From IMG/VR virus record IMGVR_UViG_3300042924_005659: a stretch of DNA of 64,000 nt; one strand, 5' to 3'. Position numbers and translations under genes: made by a program. The DNA is from a virus. Below, piece after piece: positions 32,671 to 42,436 of this stretch; positions within the stretch are counted from its first letter, which is position 1; every line of letters starts with the position of its first letter. The notes under the pieces are model-generated. The model had not been told where the DNA came from. It saw nothing but the letters and a program-made list of their open reading frames with translations, and did not search any database.

Positions 32671-34119
32671 TCAGATGGTTATGCAATCTTCTGCGGTGTC
32701 GTTAATGGCAGTTTCCAGATCGTCCGGATCTATAGCTGCCAAGTCCTTGCTGCTGGAGCTAATCGAATCCTGAGAGATGCCGTACTTAGCCAACATCTTA
32801 CCCACTGTTTGATTAGCTGCATCCAACGGTAGGCAGCATACGACATTTCTGCTCATTTGCAACTGAATCTTGTCCAGGCTGTCCTTCAAAGACTCTTCAT
32901 TCTGAGACACCGGACCAAGGACTTTTTCCAAGTCTTCTAGAGAAATTAGCCCAACACTGTACAGTAGCAGCAACGCTTGCTCAGGTCTACGATCCGACAA
33001 GAAGTTAGACGACATCTCGATATAGATCGTCTTTTCATTGGCGTGCAAAGTTCCATTAACTGGTACGAATTTTTGGAACGTTCCTGATTCATCAAATGTC
33101 GGTAATACTCCGAGGGCCAATGCTGCTTTTACCGGAAACATTTCTGGACTTAGGCGCTTGTGAGAATACCGAGTAGTCGGCCACTCGAAGTCGTTAAGCA
33201 TGGAGCAGTAGTGTCCGAACATCGAGCTATGAGGCTGTAGCGTCTGCTTTAGATTGACGAAGAAGTGCTCCAGTAGTTTTCTGCAGGTCTCCAGGCTGCG
33301 GATATTCTGGAATATAGGCAGATTGAGCATCAGCTGATCTCTGTTTCTACCTCCGTCCTTGCTCATCAACGCAGCCATGGTGTGGTGTGCCATGGCTACA
33401 GGAGATTCCTGGCAGGAGAACCAGTGGTGATCCAAAGTATACGGCCACTTGCTGTTCTTGCTGGGCTTGCGCCATTTGATCGTGCAGTTCTCGTCCACTG
33501 GCTGCATGGTGCGGACGATGCCGTAACTCAGTCTGTTGCCGAGATTTCTTTGAGCCCAATGACTTTTTTCACTCGTCTGAAAGTACTGAAATACTTCGGC
33601 ATACACGGCGGTCATCTGATTACGCTTGTCGACAACCCTGGCGTGTAGAGAATATTCCTGAGCTGTGAGGTGGTCCAGGAAGGCTCGGTCGTCGGCAAAC
33701 TCCAAATACTTGAAGGCCAGGCACTTAACGGCTTCCTCCGCCTTGCACTTGAAGCCACGAGAGCTCCAGTTGTAGTCCTGCTCGAACGCCTTGTTGTTGG
33801 CCCTGAGCGTCTTGAGCATCTTCAGGCTTTGGGCAGAGAGCCGTACGCCTGCCTGCTTCAAATCTTCAGCGCCAAGGATAATCCGAATCTGATTGTCTCC
33901 AAGACTGAGAGTATTGGCAACCTTGGCCTTGACGAAGCCCAGTACGCCTCCGCCTTGATTAAGCCCCATCACCAAAGGCACATGCAGCAGGTTGCCCAGG
34001 AAGAAAGGCTCTGGCTGCGCATAAAAGTTCTTTGGTATGACTGTGCCGCTGTTTGAGGCATTTTGATTGAATAGGCGAACGTCTACAAAGTTCTGTTCGA
34101 GAGTTATGTAGTACTTCAT
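32671..34119 (-). CDS. Hypothetical protein
   Basis: 482-aa ORF with no recognised motif. Confidence 0.8.
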   Translation of the reverse strand: MKYYITLEQNFVDVRLFNQNASNSGTVIPKNFYAQPEPFFLGNLLHVPLVMGLNQGGGVLGFVKAKVANTLSLGDNQIRIILGAEDLKQAGVRLSAQSLKMLKTLRANNKAFEQDYNWSSRGFKCKAEEAVKCLAFKYLEFADDRAFLDHLTAQEYSLHARVVDKRNQMTAVYAEVFQYFQTSEKSHWAQRNLGNRLSYGIVRTMQPVDENCTIKWRKPSKNSKWPYTLDHHWFSCQESPVAMAHHTMAALMSKDGGRNRDQLMLNLPIFQNIRSLETCRKLLEHFFVNLKQTLQPHSSMFGHYCSMLNDFEWPTTRYSHKRLSPEMFPVKAALALGVLPTFDESGTFQKFVPVNGTLHANEKTIYIEMSSNFLSDRRPEQALLLLYSVGLISLEDLEKVLGPVSQNEESLKDSLDKIQLQMSRNVVCCLPLDAANQTVGKMLAKYGISQDSISSSSKDLAAIDPDDLETAINDTAEDCITI

Positions 34120-34126
34120 GCAAATT

Positions 34127-34159
34127 CAGGGCGGAGGCAAACCACTCGCCTCCGCCCTG
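34127..34159. other. Strong 12-bp intergenic hairpin
   Basis: CAGGGCGGAGGC/GCCTCCGCCCTG with only a weak U tract. Confidence 0.7.
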
Positions 34160-34165
34160 CTCCTG

Positions 34166-35407
34166 TCAGGGGTTGTTGATGCGAATGGTTTTGCCGTAAG
34201 GCGCCTTGACGTCACTGTTGATTACCCAGATGACATCAAAGCCAGGGTCTGACCCAAATTCACCGTAGCCGTCGGTGAAGTACACCAGCACGTCTATGTC
34301 TGGCTTGTTCTGCTTAAGATGGTCCATGACCGGAACAAACGAAGTTCCTCCGCCGCCCTTAAGCGATGGGATCTCCTCGTTGTGCTGAACCCACTTTGCC
34401 CGATGGACAGTGTAGTCTGCCTCCAGCAGATACACCGGCACCTTGTAAAGCTTGCGGATGGCATCCAATTCCGAGACTCCCTTGGAGATGTCCTGTGGGG
34501 ACATGGATCCAGAGGTGTCGATGGAGAATGCGATGCTGGGCTTCTTCTTGCCAATGCGGCTGGTCAGGATTACGTCCTGATACAGATATCTGCGATTGGG
34601 CGGAGTAAAGGTGTGCCGGTTCCTATTGGTCATGCAGAACTTGTTCCGCAGGTAGTAGGCCAGCACATCGTTCCAACTGACCTCCGGATTAAGCAGCTTA
34701 TCTATCTGCCGTTCCATGAAGGCAGGACAGCTTCCAGCCATTCGACTGCGGGTAGCAGCCTCAAGACCGGCATCCGCCCACTCCTTGGCATTCTGAGGAG
34801 TATCCTCGGATGCCGTACGAATGTCCTGACCATCCGGACCTTCACCAGGCTCGAAGTCGGCCAGATCGTTGCCGTCCTGGATGCCTCCTTCTCCCTGGCC
34901 GCCACCCTCGCCCTTTGTTCCACGCTTCTTGGGAGGAGAGTTCTTCAGGATAAGTTCGTAAACCTCCTCGGTGGTGATCGTGTTGTGATCTATGTCTATG
35001 TTCAGGCCTCTCGACGTGACATAGCTGGATAGATCCAGACGAGTGCCCTTGGACGTAAAGTGGTCCTGCAGCATCTCGTTGATCAACACGTCGCCAGCCA
35101 CATTCCACAGGAACGCCTGACGACCACCCAGACGATTGTGATGATCCAGCAGCATATGCATCACCTCGTGCGCAAGAACGAAGTGAATCATGGTGTCGGA
35201 CAACGACGTGAAGAAAGTGCGGTTGAAGTAGATGTTGCCGTTCCTGTCGATGCAGGCGGTCGGCACCTTCTTTTCATCCTCGGTAAGGCGGACATTGCAC
35301 TTCTCTATCAGAAAGGCCCAGAACGGAAAGTCCTGAAACATGCGAAACATGGACTTGTCTAGTCGTTTCTTGGCCGTCTGAATTACAACTGGATCAATTT
35401 GCGACAT
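34166..35407 (-). CDS. Metallopeptidase-like (HEXXH) plus vWA domain protein (DUF2201-like)
   Basis: FVLAHEVMH; MIDAS IDTSGSMS; GGGGTSF; YFTDGYG. Confidence 0.92.
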   Translation of the reverse strand: MSQIDPVVIQTAKKRLDKSMFRMFQDFPFWAFLIEKCNVRLTEDEKKVPTACIDRNGNIYFNRTFFTSLSDTMIHFVLAHEVMHMLLDHHNRLGGRQAFLWNVAGDVLINEMLQDHFTSKGTRLDLSSYVTSRGLNIDIDHNTITTEEVYELILKNSPPKKRGTKGEGGGQGEGGIQDGNDLADFEPGEGPDGQDIRTASEDTPQNAKEWADAGLEAATRSRMAGSCPAFMERQIDKLLNPEVSWNDVLAYYLRNKFCMTNRNRHTFTPPNRRYLYQDVILTSRIGKKKPSIAFSIDTSGSMSPQDISKGVSELDAIRKLYKVPVYLLEADYTVHRAKWVQHNEEIPSLKGGGGTSFVPVMDHLKQNKPDIDVLVYFTDGYGEFGSDPGFDVIWVINSDVKAPYGKTIRINNP

Positions 35408-36432
35408 TATTCCACCTCGAATGGGACCAGGAGACTGCGGTGCTTGGAAAGCCAGTTCTTTGCGTTGGTAGACTTCATCACGGCTAGCATGAACTTCTCG
35501 TTCTTCTGCTGCAGCAAGCCGCCGAAGTACAGAGAGCTAATCTCGGGGCGGATCGACATCATGACGTTGGCGCCCTTGTCGATCAGGTTGGGATTGCGCA
35601 GGGCACGATAGAGGATGTTGCTGACGACCGCATAGGTCACCGACAGCTTGTTTGGCCCGTCCTGGTATGTGGCCTTGCCGTCAAGCAAGGCGTCGATGTC
35701 AGGCATCACCTTGATCTCGTTGCAGTACTGGATGAACCAGTTTGCAGCACCCTTGCCGATGGCACCCTCGATGGCCTCACGCTCCGTGATGTTGTTGCGC
35801 AGGAGTCGGGAAACCATGGTCCAACCACGAGGAGTGGGGAAGTTGCCGTACTCGTCCTGAGGATCGGAGTACAGGTGCTGGCCGCTGGTGCTGCTCATGA
35901 AGCCCAGCACGTTCTCGTGGATGAGATTGTTCATCGCCCAGTTGCGCCACTGGTTGAAGTCCGGCTGCATCTCCAGAATTACAAAGCGATTGCGGAGAGG
36001 AGCAGACAGCGGATTGACGTGAGCCTTGTGGCTGGACTTGTTGCCGCAGGCCACGATCCACCAGCCGTCACCGAGCTTGTGCGGACCACAGCGACGATCC
36101 AGGATGAACTGCAGTGCCGCATTCTGGACGCTGGGGTCGGCGGTGTTCAGCTCGTCGAAGAGAATGATGCCCTTGCCGTCCTTTGGCAGGAAGTCGGGCT
36201 TGGCCCACTCGACACTGAACTCGGAGCCGTCTCCCTTGCGATTGACGACCGGCATGCCGCGCATGTCGACAGGCTCGAGCATGCTGAGTCGGACGTCCTT
36301 GACCTCGTCGCCATCGGCAGCAGCCTTGCAGATCTCGGACTTGCCGATGCCGGGACCACCGAAGATGAGCAGAGGGACATTTGCGTTACGATACTGCTTG
36401 AGCTTTTCTACGTAGTTGATTGATGCGGCCAT
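35407..36432 (-). CDS. MoxR-like AAA+ ATPase
   Basis: GGPGIGKS, ILFDELN, ACGN, PLRNRF, PTPRGW. Confidence 0.93.
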   Translation of the reverse strand: MAASINYVEKLKQYRNANVPLLIFGGPGIGKSEICKAAADGDEVKDVRLSMLEPVDMRGMPVVNRKGDGSEFSVEWAKPDFLPKDGKGIILFDELNTADPSVQNAALQFILDRRCGPHKLGDGWWIVACGNKSSHKAHVNPLSAPLRNRFVILEMQPDFNQWRNWAMNNLIHENVLGFMSSTSGQHLYSDPQDEYGNFPTPRGWTMVSRLLRNNITEREAIEGAIGKGAANWFIQYCNEIKVMPDIDALLDGKATYQDGPNKLSVTYAVVSNILYRALRNPNLIDKGANVMMSIRPEISSLYFGGLLQQKNEKFMLAVMKSTNAKNWLSKHRSLLVPFEVE

Positions 36433-36456
36433 TTTCGTGTTTTCCTTGATTTAAAC

Positions 36457-36714
36457 TCAATAGACGTGGTAGGTGAAGTCTTCCGGAACCCAGTTGGAGG
36501 TGGGGATCAACGTCCCCTCTAGCAAGAGGAAGTAGTGCTCTTCGTTCTTTTGTTCTTTGTACTGATCTACGTACTCCTTTGCCTGCTCCTTGGAGGTCAT
36601 CGGCAGTATCAGATGAGGAGACTTTTCTTTATCCCAGTGATACGGTATTTGCAGCAGCCACAGGCTACTCTTTTTACTGTTGGTCTTCGCCGTCGTCGGT
36701 TCCGTCATCGTCAT
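36457..36714 (-). CDS. Hypothetical protein
   Basis: 85-aa ORF. Confidence 0.55.
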   Translation of the reverse strand: MTMTEPTTAKTNSKKSSLWLLQIPYHWDKEKSPHLILPMTSKEQAKEYVDQYKEQKNEEHYFLLLEGTLIPTSNWVPEDFTYHVY

Positions 36715-37123
36715 TTGCTCCTGTGTCCTTGATGATGGAGATCAGCGTATCGCAGGTCTCCAGGAAATAAGCACATTCTTTGGTGTAGTTCAGGCTGCTG
36801 ATCGGAGACTTAGAGGTAGTGGTGTACACTCCTGCCACGTTGATCAGCAGCTGCTCGTCGGTATCCAGACCCTCCCAGGTTTTGTACTGCGAGTTGCTGG
36901 ACACAAATGACTCCTTGACAAAGCCAGAACTGAAGATACCCATGCCAAAGAACTCGACCAGCCGGTCGACGTTCTCTATGCGGATATGCTGGCCATTGGT
37001 TCCCTGGATGACTCTATCGTAGGTGTGGGGATCCAGGCCGGTCACCTTTTGAATCTGTTCGACCGGCATCACCTTAGCCTTGTCAAGAGCTCTGATCACG
37101 TGTGCAATGTAGTTTGAAAGCAT
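36674..37123 (-). CDS. XRE/Cro-like HTH protein
   Basis: VEQIQKVTGLDPHTYDRVIQG...IENVDRLVEFFG. Confidence 0.55.
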   Translation of the reverse strand: MLSNYIAHVIRALDKAKVMPVEQIQKVTGLDPHTYDRVIQGTNGQHIRIENVDRLVEFFGMGIFSSGFVKESFVSSNSQYKTWEGLDTDEQLLINVAGVYTTTSKSPISSLNYTKECAYFLETCDTLISIIKDTGANDDDGTDDGEDQQ

Positions 37124-37171
37124 GATGTCCTTTGATTGCTAAAAGCAGGGTAGTACCTGCGGTTAAGAGAC

Positions 37172-37220
37172 AAAACCTACCCGGGACCACCTGTAATCAG
37201 CAGGTGGTCCCGGGATAGGT
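37172..37220 (-). terminator. Long-stem terminator
   Basis: 14-bp perfect stem 37180-93/37201-14 followed by TTTT. Confidence 0.7.
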
Positions 37221-37244
37221 GGGGTGTCAATAATCGTGTTAGGA

Positions 37245-38315
37245 TTATGATGTGACAGCTGCCGGCGTCGAGGGTTTGACCTCAACTATCTCCGGCGGCT
37301 TTTGCCTGGGTGCGGTTTCGGCAGGATGCATCTGCTGCCGAAGTTCATCCAACACAGGCATCTTGAACCCCAGCTGTTCAGCCGGAATGTGCTTCTTGTA
37401 CTTTAGCTGGTAGGTGTCCATCCTACGCGCCATCAAGAAGCATTCCTCATGCTCTGGCACCGAGTAGTTGTCCTGATCGACAACGAACCAGGGCACGGAA
37501 TTCCGGAAGTCTCGCTCTTGCTCACGAGACAACAGCTTAGGCAGGGACTTCTGATCTATTCCCAGCATTTCGAGTGGATGCTCGATCATGTCGGAAATGA
37601 TCTTGATTAGCTGTCCAAGCATACCGCTCTTCTTGCTGATATCCATCATCAGGATATCAGGCCGGCATCCCGCATTGGCGTACATCTGCCAAGGAGTTAG
37701 CCCGTACGCCTTCTGGATCAGATCCCTGACTCTGACATGAGTCGGAGTCATGATTCCGCCCATACCCGAGCAGATGAAGCTCAGGAAGGGCTCTATGGCA
37801 TTGGTGGCGGTATCCACCCCCTGCCGAGGAACCCACAACATGGGTTCGTTGCAGTAAAGCCTGTTGTTACAACAGGCCTCGTCGATTAGGTGAACCTTGT
37901 ACGCCAGAACACCTAGTGCTGGAACGCCAGAACAAACCATGCGGGCAGCATTTGCTGCTTCGCTGTTTTTGGTCTGGACCAGCTGGGCCAGATCGACTTC
38001 TTCGCCGTCGAAGATCCACCGAGGCTCGAAGTCCTCGATGTCGACTGCGAACTCCACGCTGGTGCTGAAATCCAGATGGCGATTGCTGCCTTCGCACCAG
38101 TGGTGCAGTAGGCAGAACATCTGACTTACAGTCCCATCCTGCATGCGCATGATTAGCGCACATGCCGTGGTATCGGCTGGTCCGATGAACAGGGAATTCC
38201 TATTCCGGAACCTCTCGGAATAAGTTGGTCCCCATTCGTTGATGTAGCCGTAGGCTTTGGTTATTGCCACAGGCTCGTTGACGACTGCTTCCTTGCAGTG
38301 CCTCATTTCATACAC
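37245..38315 (-). CDS. Hypothetical protein
   Basis: 356-aa ORF. Confidence 0.75.
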   Translation of the reverse strand: MYEMRHCKEAVVNEPVAITKAYGYINEWGPTYSERFRNRNSLFIGPADTTACALIMRMQDGTVSQMFCLLHHWCEGSNRHLDFSTSVEFAVDIEDFEPRWIFDGEEVDLAQLVQTKNSEAANAARMVCSGVPALGVLAYKVHLIDEACCNNRLYCNEPMLWVPRQGVDTATNAIEPFLSFICSGMGGIMTPTHVRVRDLIQKAYGLTPWQMYANAGCRPDILMMDISKKSGMLGQLIKIISDMIEHPLEMLGIDQKSLPKLLSREQERDFRNSVPWFVVDQDNYSVPEHEECFLMARRMDTYQLKYKKHIPAEQLGFKMPVLDELRQQMHPAETAPRQKPPEIVEVKPSTPAAVTS

Positions 38316-38428
38316 CCCTTACAAGTAAAAACCGCCGACTGCAGATCGGCGGAGGTTCTTTTGGCATCCGTGCACCATGACCGGTTCATGGCGAAACGGT
38401 ACCAAGATATTTTAACTCATTTATGGGC

Positions 38429-38689
38429 TTATTTAAGCGCCGGAGTATCCACGTCTAGCTTGCGCGGTTCGCCTAGATCTTCCAGTACCAGCTTGCCGGT
38501 ATCGGTTGCCTTGAGCCTATACCTATGCAGCCACTTTCCGTTATTACTGGTACTGGTGACTACGCATACCATGGCACTCTTTGACTTGCCGTAGAACGCC
38601 GGCTCTACGATCATCGCTATGCCCTTGCTATCCTTGGGAAACGAGGACTCTGCTTCCATCGGATCTGTTTCGTGAAAGTTGATTCTCAT
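38429..38689 (-). CDS. Hypothetical protein
   Basis: 86-aa ORF coupled to the upstream gene. Confidence 0.6.
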   Translation of the reverse strand: MRINFHETDPMEAESSFPKDSKGIAMIVEPAFYGKSKSAMVCVVTSTSNNGKWLHRYRLKATDTGKLVLEDLGEPRKLDVDTPALK

Positions 38690-39333
38690 ATTACTTCTCT
38701 CAGCTTCTTGAACAGGGCTGCAGCTTCTCCTGCGCCGGGGCCATTTCTAGCTACGTAGACACAGCTAAACGGAGGTCCGTTCTTCTGGTTAAGGTATAGC
38801 CTGCCAGAAAGGTTAGACGGCATGAAGAATGTGATGGGTACAAATTCCTTTATACCGACCACCTGCATGGTCTGCAGTTTTACGGGATCTCGTACCTCGA
38901 TGTCTTCCGGTTCACAGCCGTATAGAATCTTTTCTCCTTCTGCATTCTGCGCCAACCATTTTGAATTGGTCAGCCAGTGCTTGAAGTGAGGCCAATCTTC
39001 CTTCGGCATGCCGTGCAGAAACCGGCTCCAACCTGGCTCAGGGGTTGCAAATCCCACCGGCGGCATGACGTCCTCCACCAATAGAGGTTCAGGCAGTACA
39101 AAATGCATTATTCGAAGCTGCTTGTTGAACTCCTTTGCATAGAGCTCAAAAAGACTAACTGGAATACGCAGGTACATGTGCAAAGTGTTTACAAAGAAAA
39201 GATCGTAATCTTTGGTCCAACTTTGCAGCTCGTCCTTTGGAGCGACGGCATCCTCCAGCACCAGCTCCGTACTCATTGGAGCCAATGCGGCAGCAGCCGG
39301 CGTGAACACTCTATTGGTGGAGGAGTCGGACAT
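38686..39333 (-). CDS. Hypothetical protein
   Basis: 215-aa ORF. Confidence 0.7.
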   Translation of the reverse strand: MSDSSTNRVFTPAAAALAPMSTELVLEDAVAPKDELQSWTKDYDLFFVNTLHMYLRIPVSLFELYAKEFNKQLRIMHFVLPEPLLVEDVMPPVGFATPEPGWSRFLHGMPKEDWPHFKHWLTNSKWLAQNAEGEKILYGCEPEDIEVRDPVKLQTMQVVGIKEFVPITFFMPSNLSGRLYLNQKNGPPFSCVYVARNGPGAGEAAALFKKLREVI

Positions 39334-39337
39334 GCTT

Positions 39338-39730
39338 TTATTCGCCTGCGCCGACTACTTCAAGCGAAGGGCTAGCTGCGCTCTTCTCCTGAGTAGAGGC
39401 CTGAGGTGCCTGATCTGCCTCCTGCTGAGCCTTCATTAGCAGCAGCTGAAGGTTGTTGTGAATGACTCGGAGGGAAGCCAAGGTATCAGATGCGTCCTGG
39501 CCACTGAGCACAAAGCTCTGCGTGGTGTCATGCATGATCCCCAGTTGGGTACGGACCTTGGTGGTCACCTTGACCTCCAGCAGTTCACCTTCTCCCTCTG
39601 GATTGGGAATGCGCGTAAACGTGGTGCTTTCGTTGAGCAACGATACTTGCTTAGAAACAGTCTCTGCCATTTTTAAGTTCCTTGTAGGATTTGGTGGTGG
39701 TTGCTGCCATGTAGACGGACAGCGCGTCAT
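39338..39730 (-). CDS. Hypothetical protein
   Basis: The start is probably the internal MAETV. Confidence 0.6.
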   Translation of the reverse strand: MTRCPSTWQQPPPNPTRNLKMAETVSKQVSLLNESTTFTRIPNPEGEGELLEVKVTTKVRTQLGIMHDTTQSFVLSGQDASDTLASLRVIHNNLQLLLMKAQQEADQAPQASTQEKSAASPSLEVVGAGE

Positions 39731-40247
39731 ATACGTGTTCGTTGCGCCCTTCCAGGACTTGACCTCTCTTGCCTACTATCCAACCGTCAAAGGTTGGAAA
39801 CTTGGCACGCATGGCTTTCTTTACATCCTGTTTACTAGCGGCGCTAACTCCTGTAGCTGCCTTCTTGGCTTCAAAGGGAGTAACTAGCGTGACTGGAGTC
39901 CTAAACCCGTCTATTACAGCGCAAGCGGCACCCCTGGCTAAGGCCATGCTTTTGGCTGCCTGTGCGCTCTTGGATCCTCCGGTTGGACACTCTATGAATA
40001 TATGGCATGGAGACCATCTCATGAGTGCCTGCTCCAGCGATCTGACGAGTTCGGTAACTCTTCTCCATTCGTCGTCCGAGACCTTCATCTTGCCTTTCCG
40101 CATAGTGGCTTTGTCCGACTTCTCTGTGTGGATCGTATCCACCCAGAGGAGGTCGTCTTTGTCCGGACTAAGCGCAAGAACAGCGACTCCGGTATTAGCC
40201 AGAGCCAGGTCGAGGCAAACGATATGGGGAAGGGTTTTGTCAGTCAT
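39651..40247 (-). CDS. ruvC: RuvC-like Holliday junction resolvase
   Basis: IVCLDLALANTG, IFIEC, TPFEAKKAATG...ASKQDV, HVYDAL. Confidence 0.88.
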   Translation of the reverse strand: MTDKTLPHIVCLDLALANTGVAVLALSPDKDDLLWVDTIHTEKSDKATMRKGKMKVSDDEWRRVTELVRSLEQALMRWSPCHIFIECPTGGSKSAQAAKSMALARGAACAVIDGFRTPVTLVTPFEAKKAATGVSAASKQDVKKAMRAKFPTFDGWIVGKRGQVLEGRNEHVYDALSVYMAATTTKSYKELKNGRDCF

Positions 40248-40696
40248 CAGTCGACATCTTCGTCGTCTGCTTCGTTCGTGTCAATTTTGAAGTCGTCAGA
40301 TTCCGGTGGTTTCATCGGATTGTTTGGCTTCAAGTAGTTGAAGAAGTCCTTTAAATCCTTCTCTGGATTGAAGCTAAAGCTTACCCAGTCCGGAGGTCCT
40401 CCAAAGTTGGCGCCTTGGATATTGATGTGGCCGGAGGGAATGTTTAAATCCTTGTTCTCGGTCATCTTTCCAAACACCTTGTTTGGCGGAGCAATCTCCA
40501 TGACGATGTCCATCAGGGCACTGGGGCATGGTTTCTCTGCAATGATCTGCGGATTGAGAGAAATCCAAATGGGTGCATCGCTTATGGGAATGCCTGTATA
40601 GGCGATCTGAGATCCCAGGGTATGCTGCTCTACGATGTAGCCTAGCTGGCCATTTTCATTTACAGCAAACTTTCCTACGTGGGTTTCTGCGGTCAT
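40247..40696 (-). CDS. Hypothetical protein
   Basis: 149-aa ORF, translationally coupled. Confidence 0.65.
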   Translation of the reverse strand: MTAETHVGKFAVNENGQLGYIVEQHTLGSQIAYTGIPISDAPIWISLNPQIIAEKPCPSALMDIVMEIAPPNKVFGKMTENKDLNIPSGHINIQGANFGGPPDWVSFSFNPEKDLKDFFNYLKPNNPMKPPESDDFKIDTNEADDEDVD

Positions 40697-41199
40697 TCCA
40701 ATCCTCTGTTGAAAGACTTGAGTACGTTTTCGGCAGCATTGTTAACCGGCGAGTCCATGTACTGCTTGAAGTCGCTGACACGGGCAATGGCGGCTTGATG
40801 CCACATTCTAACCATGATGTCGCCCAGGTTCTTGAGAACCCAGGTACGTGCCTGCCATGACAGGTTGGTAAAACCCGAAGCCTTGTATGCGTCCTCGGGA
40901 GTAGCGTGGTGCAAGCCCTCGCGAGACAGCACGTATCGTAGGGCCAGCACTGCCTTGCCCATCTCTTCCTCGGAGATCTGCAGCGTCTGAGTAGACGTGT
41001 AGGTATCCACATGCTGAATCAGATTGCACATGCCTACGAAAGCACCAGGCACACAGTTGATCATGTCGTGCTGAGGAACATAGCTCTCATTGGCAGACAT
41101 GACTCCGCGTGGGCTAACAGAGAGCATGTGTCTCGGGTTGAACGGCAGAGCCATGTTGACTGGGATGTCTAGGCTTCTTCGGAAATCGTCTTCGGACAT
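40693..41199 (-). CDS. Hypothetical protein
   Basis: 168-aa ORF. Confidence 0.65.
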   Translation of the reverse strand: MSEDDFRRSLDIPVNMALPFNPRHMLSVSPRGVMSANESYVPQHDMINCVPGAFVGMCNLIQHVDTYTSTQTLQISEEEMGKAVLALRYVLSREGLHHATPEDAYKASGFTNLSWQARTWVLKNLGDIMVRMWHQAAIARVSDFKQYMDSPVNNAAENVLKSFNRGLE

Positions 41200-42098
41200 A
41201 GGTTCTTTCCTTGAATGGTGATGCTTACACTAGCAGGCAGTTGAACTTCAGTGTTAGGTTGAGTACCTCTAGGGCACGAATCATACCCAACCCAGCATTT
41301 GGAGCAATCCGTTGTAAGAAATCTTATGCAATTTTTCTTACGGTCTTGCATCAGCTTAAGGTTGAACTTCTTCTGTTTTGGCGTAGCTCGCAGCAACCCA
41401 ACTGAATTATCTTTTATGTTGAGCCTTGCGGTAGTGTGCCCAACGTGAGGCTCAAACTGCAACAACGGAATGGAGTCTGGATATACCAACATTTGCATCT
41501 GAACTGCTTGCCGGGGATCTGCCAGCTTTATGCGCTGCTTGTCCACCTTGTAGCAGGCTCCCACGGCATAAGACATGCGACTGAAGGACTTAGGTACCTT
41601 CATGTACATATCAAATCCAGCGGCAGGTCCGTCCAAGACTTTCAGGCGGTAGCAGCCTAGGACGTTAGTAGGGTCTTCCAGATGCTCGGCTATGGCGCAG
41701 CTCATCCAGCCCAGCTCTTCAGGCTTGCCGGAGTAGAGCAGTACCGTCCGCTCCTTTGCCAGCTTTCTATTGCCGGCCACCTGCCAACAGATAAGGTCCT
41801 GGATTCTCTTGGTTATAAGGCAGTTGAGAAAGGGCTGTAGCAGACCTCGGCCTATCTCAGGTTCGCAGCCTGTTACCTCTCTCATTGCCCGTATCAGAGC
41901 TGCCAGGTTCTCCTGGCTCAAAGGCTTACCTATCAGCTGCAGCTTTTTTCTAGCTATAATGTTCTGCATGGCCGTCAAGACCTCGATGCACTGGTCTGGA
42001 CGGTTATAGACAGGCTTTTTTGGAGGCTTGAAACTGCCCTCCATATCGGCCAACTTGTAGTCCTTGCTGACCGGCATGAAAGTCTTGTTGTACATCAA
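41169..42098 (-). CDS. Hypothetical protein with a C-terminal Cys cluster
   Basis: 309 aa; C..FLTTDCSKC..GYDSCP. Confidence 0.7.
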   Translation of the reverse strand: MMYNKTFMPVSKDYKLADMEGSFKPPKKPVYNRPDQCIEVLTAMQNIIARKKLQLIGKPLSQENLAALIRAMREVTGCEPEIGRGLLQPFLNCLITKRIQDLICWQVAGNRKLAKERTVLLYSGKPEELGWMSCAIAEHLEDPTNVLGCYRLKVLDGPAAGFDMYMKVPKSFSRMSYAVGACYKVDKQRIKLADPRQAVQMQMLVYPDSIPLLQFEPHVGHTTARLNIKDNSVGLLRATPKQKKFNLKLMQDRKKNCIRFLTTDCSKCWVGYDSCPRGTQPNTEVQLPASVSITIQGKNLCPKTISEEA

Positions 42099-42391
42099 GG
42101 CTCCAATACGCCTAGGATCTCCCCTATGCGCATGATCAGATATCCCTCAGGCATGGGAATTTCCGAGCCTGCAAATGCGCTAAACAGAACCTCGTCTCCT
42201 ACCTTGATGTCTGGAATAGGCAACTTGTTGGCCTTTAGATTGCTGCAGTTGCCTACCTTGATCACGGTGCCTCGCTTGGACTGATAGTCCTTGCGATCTT
42301 CCGGAACGATAATTCCAGCCGTTGTGGTTTCAGGGGCCTTCCACTTTCGGATGACCACCATGTCCTGCAGGGGCTGAAAGTTGTTTAGCAT
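42095..42391 (-). CDS. groES: Co-chaperonin GroES
   Basis: QPLQDMVVIR, TTAGIIVP, GTVIKVG, IKVGDEVLF, EILGV. Confidence 0.93.
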   Translation of the reverse strand: MLNNFQPLQDMVVIRKWKAPETTTAGIIVPEDRKDYQSKRGTVIKVGNCSNLKANKLPIPDIKVGDEVLFSAFAGSEIPMPEGYLIMRIGEILGVLEP

Positions 42392-42436
42392 TTCCTGCTC
42401 TTCAAGTCGTGGGACTATTGCCATCGGTTTGTTCCT

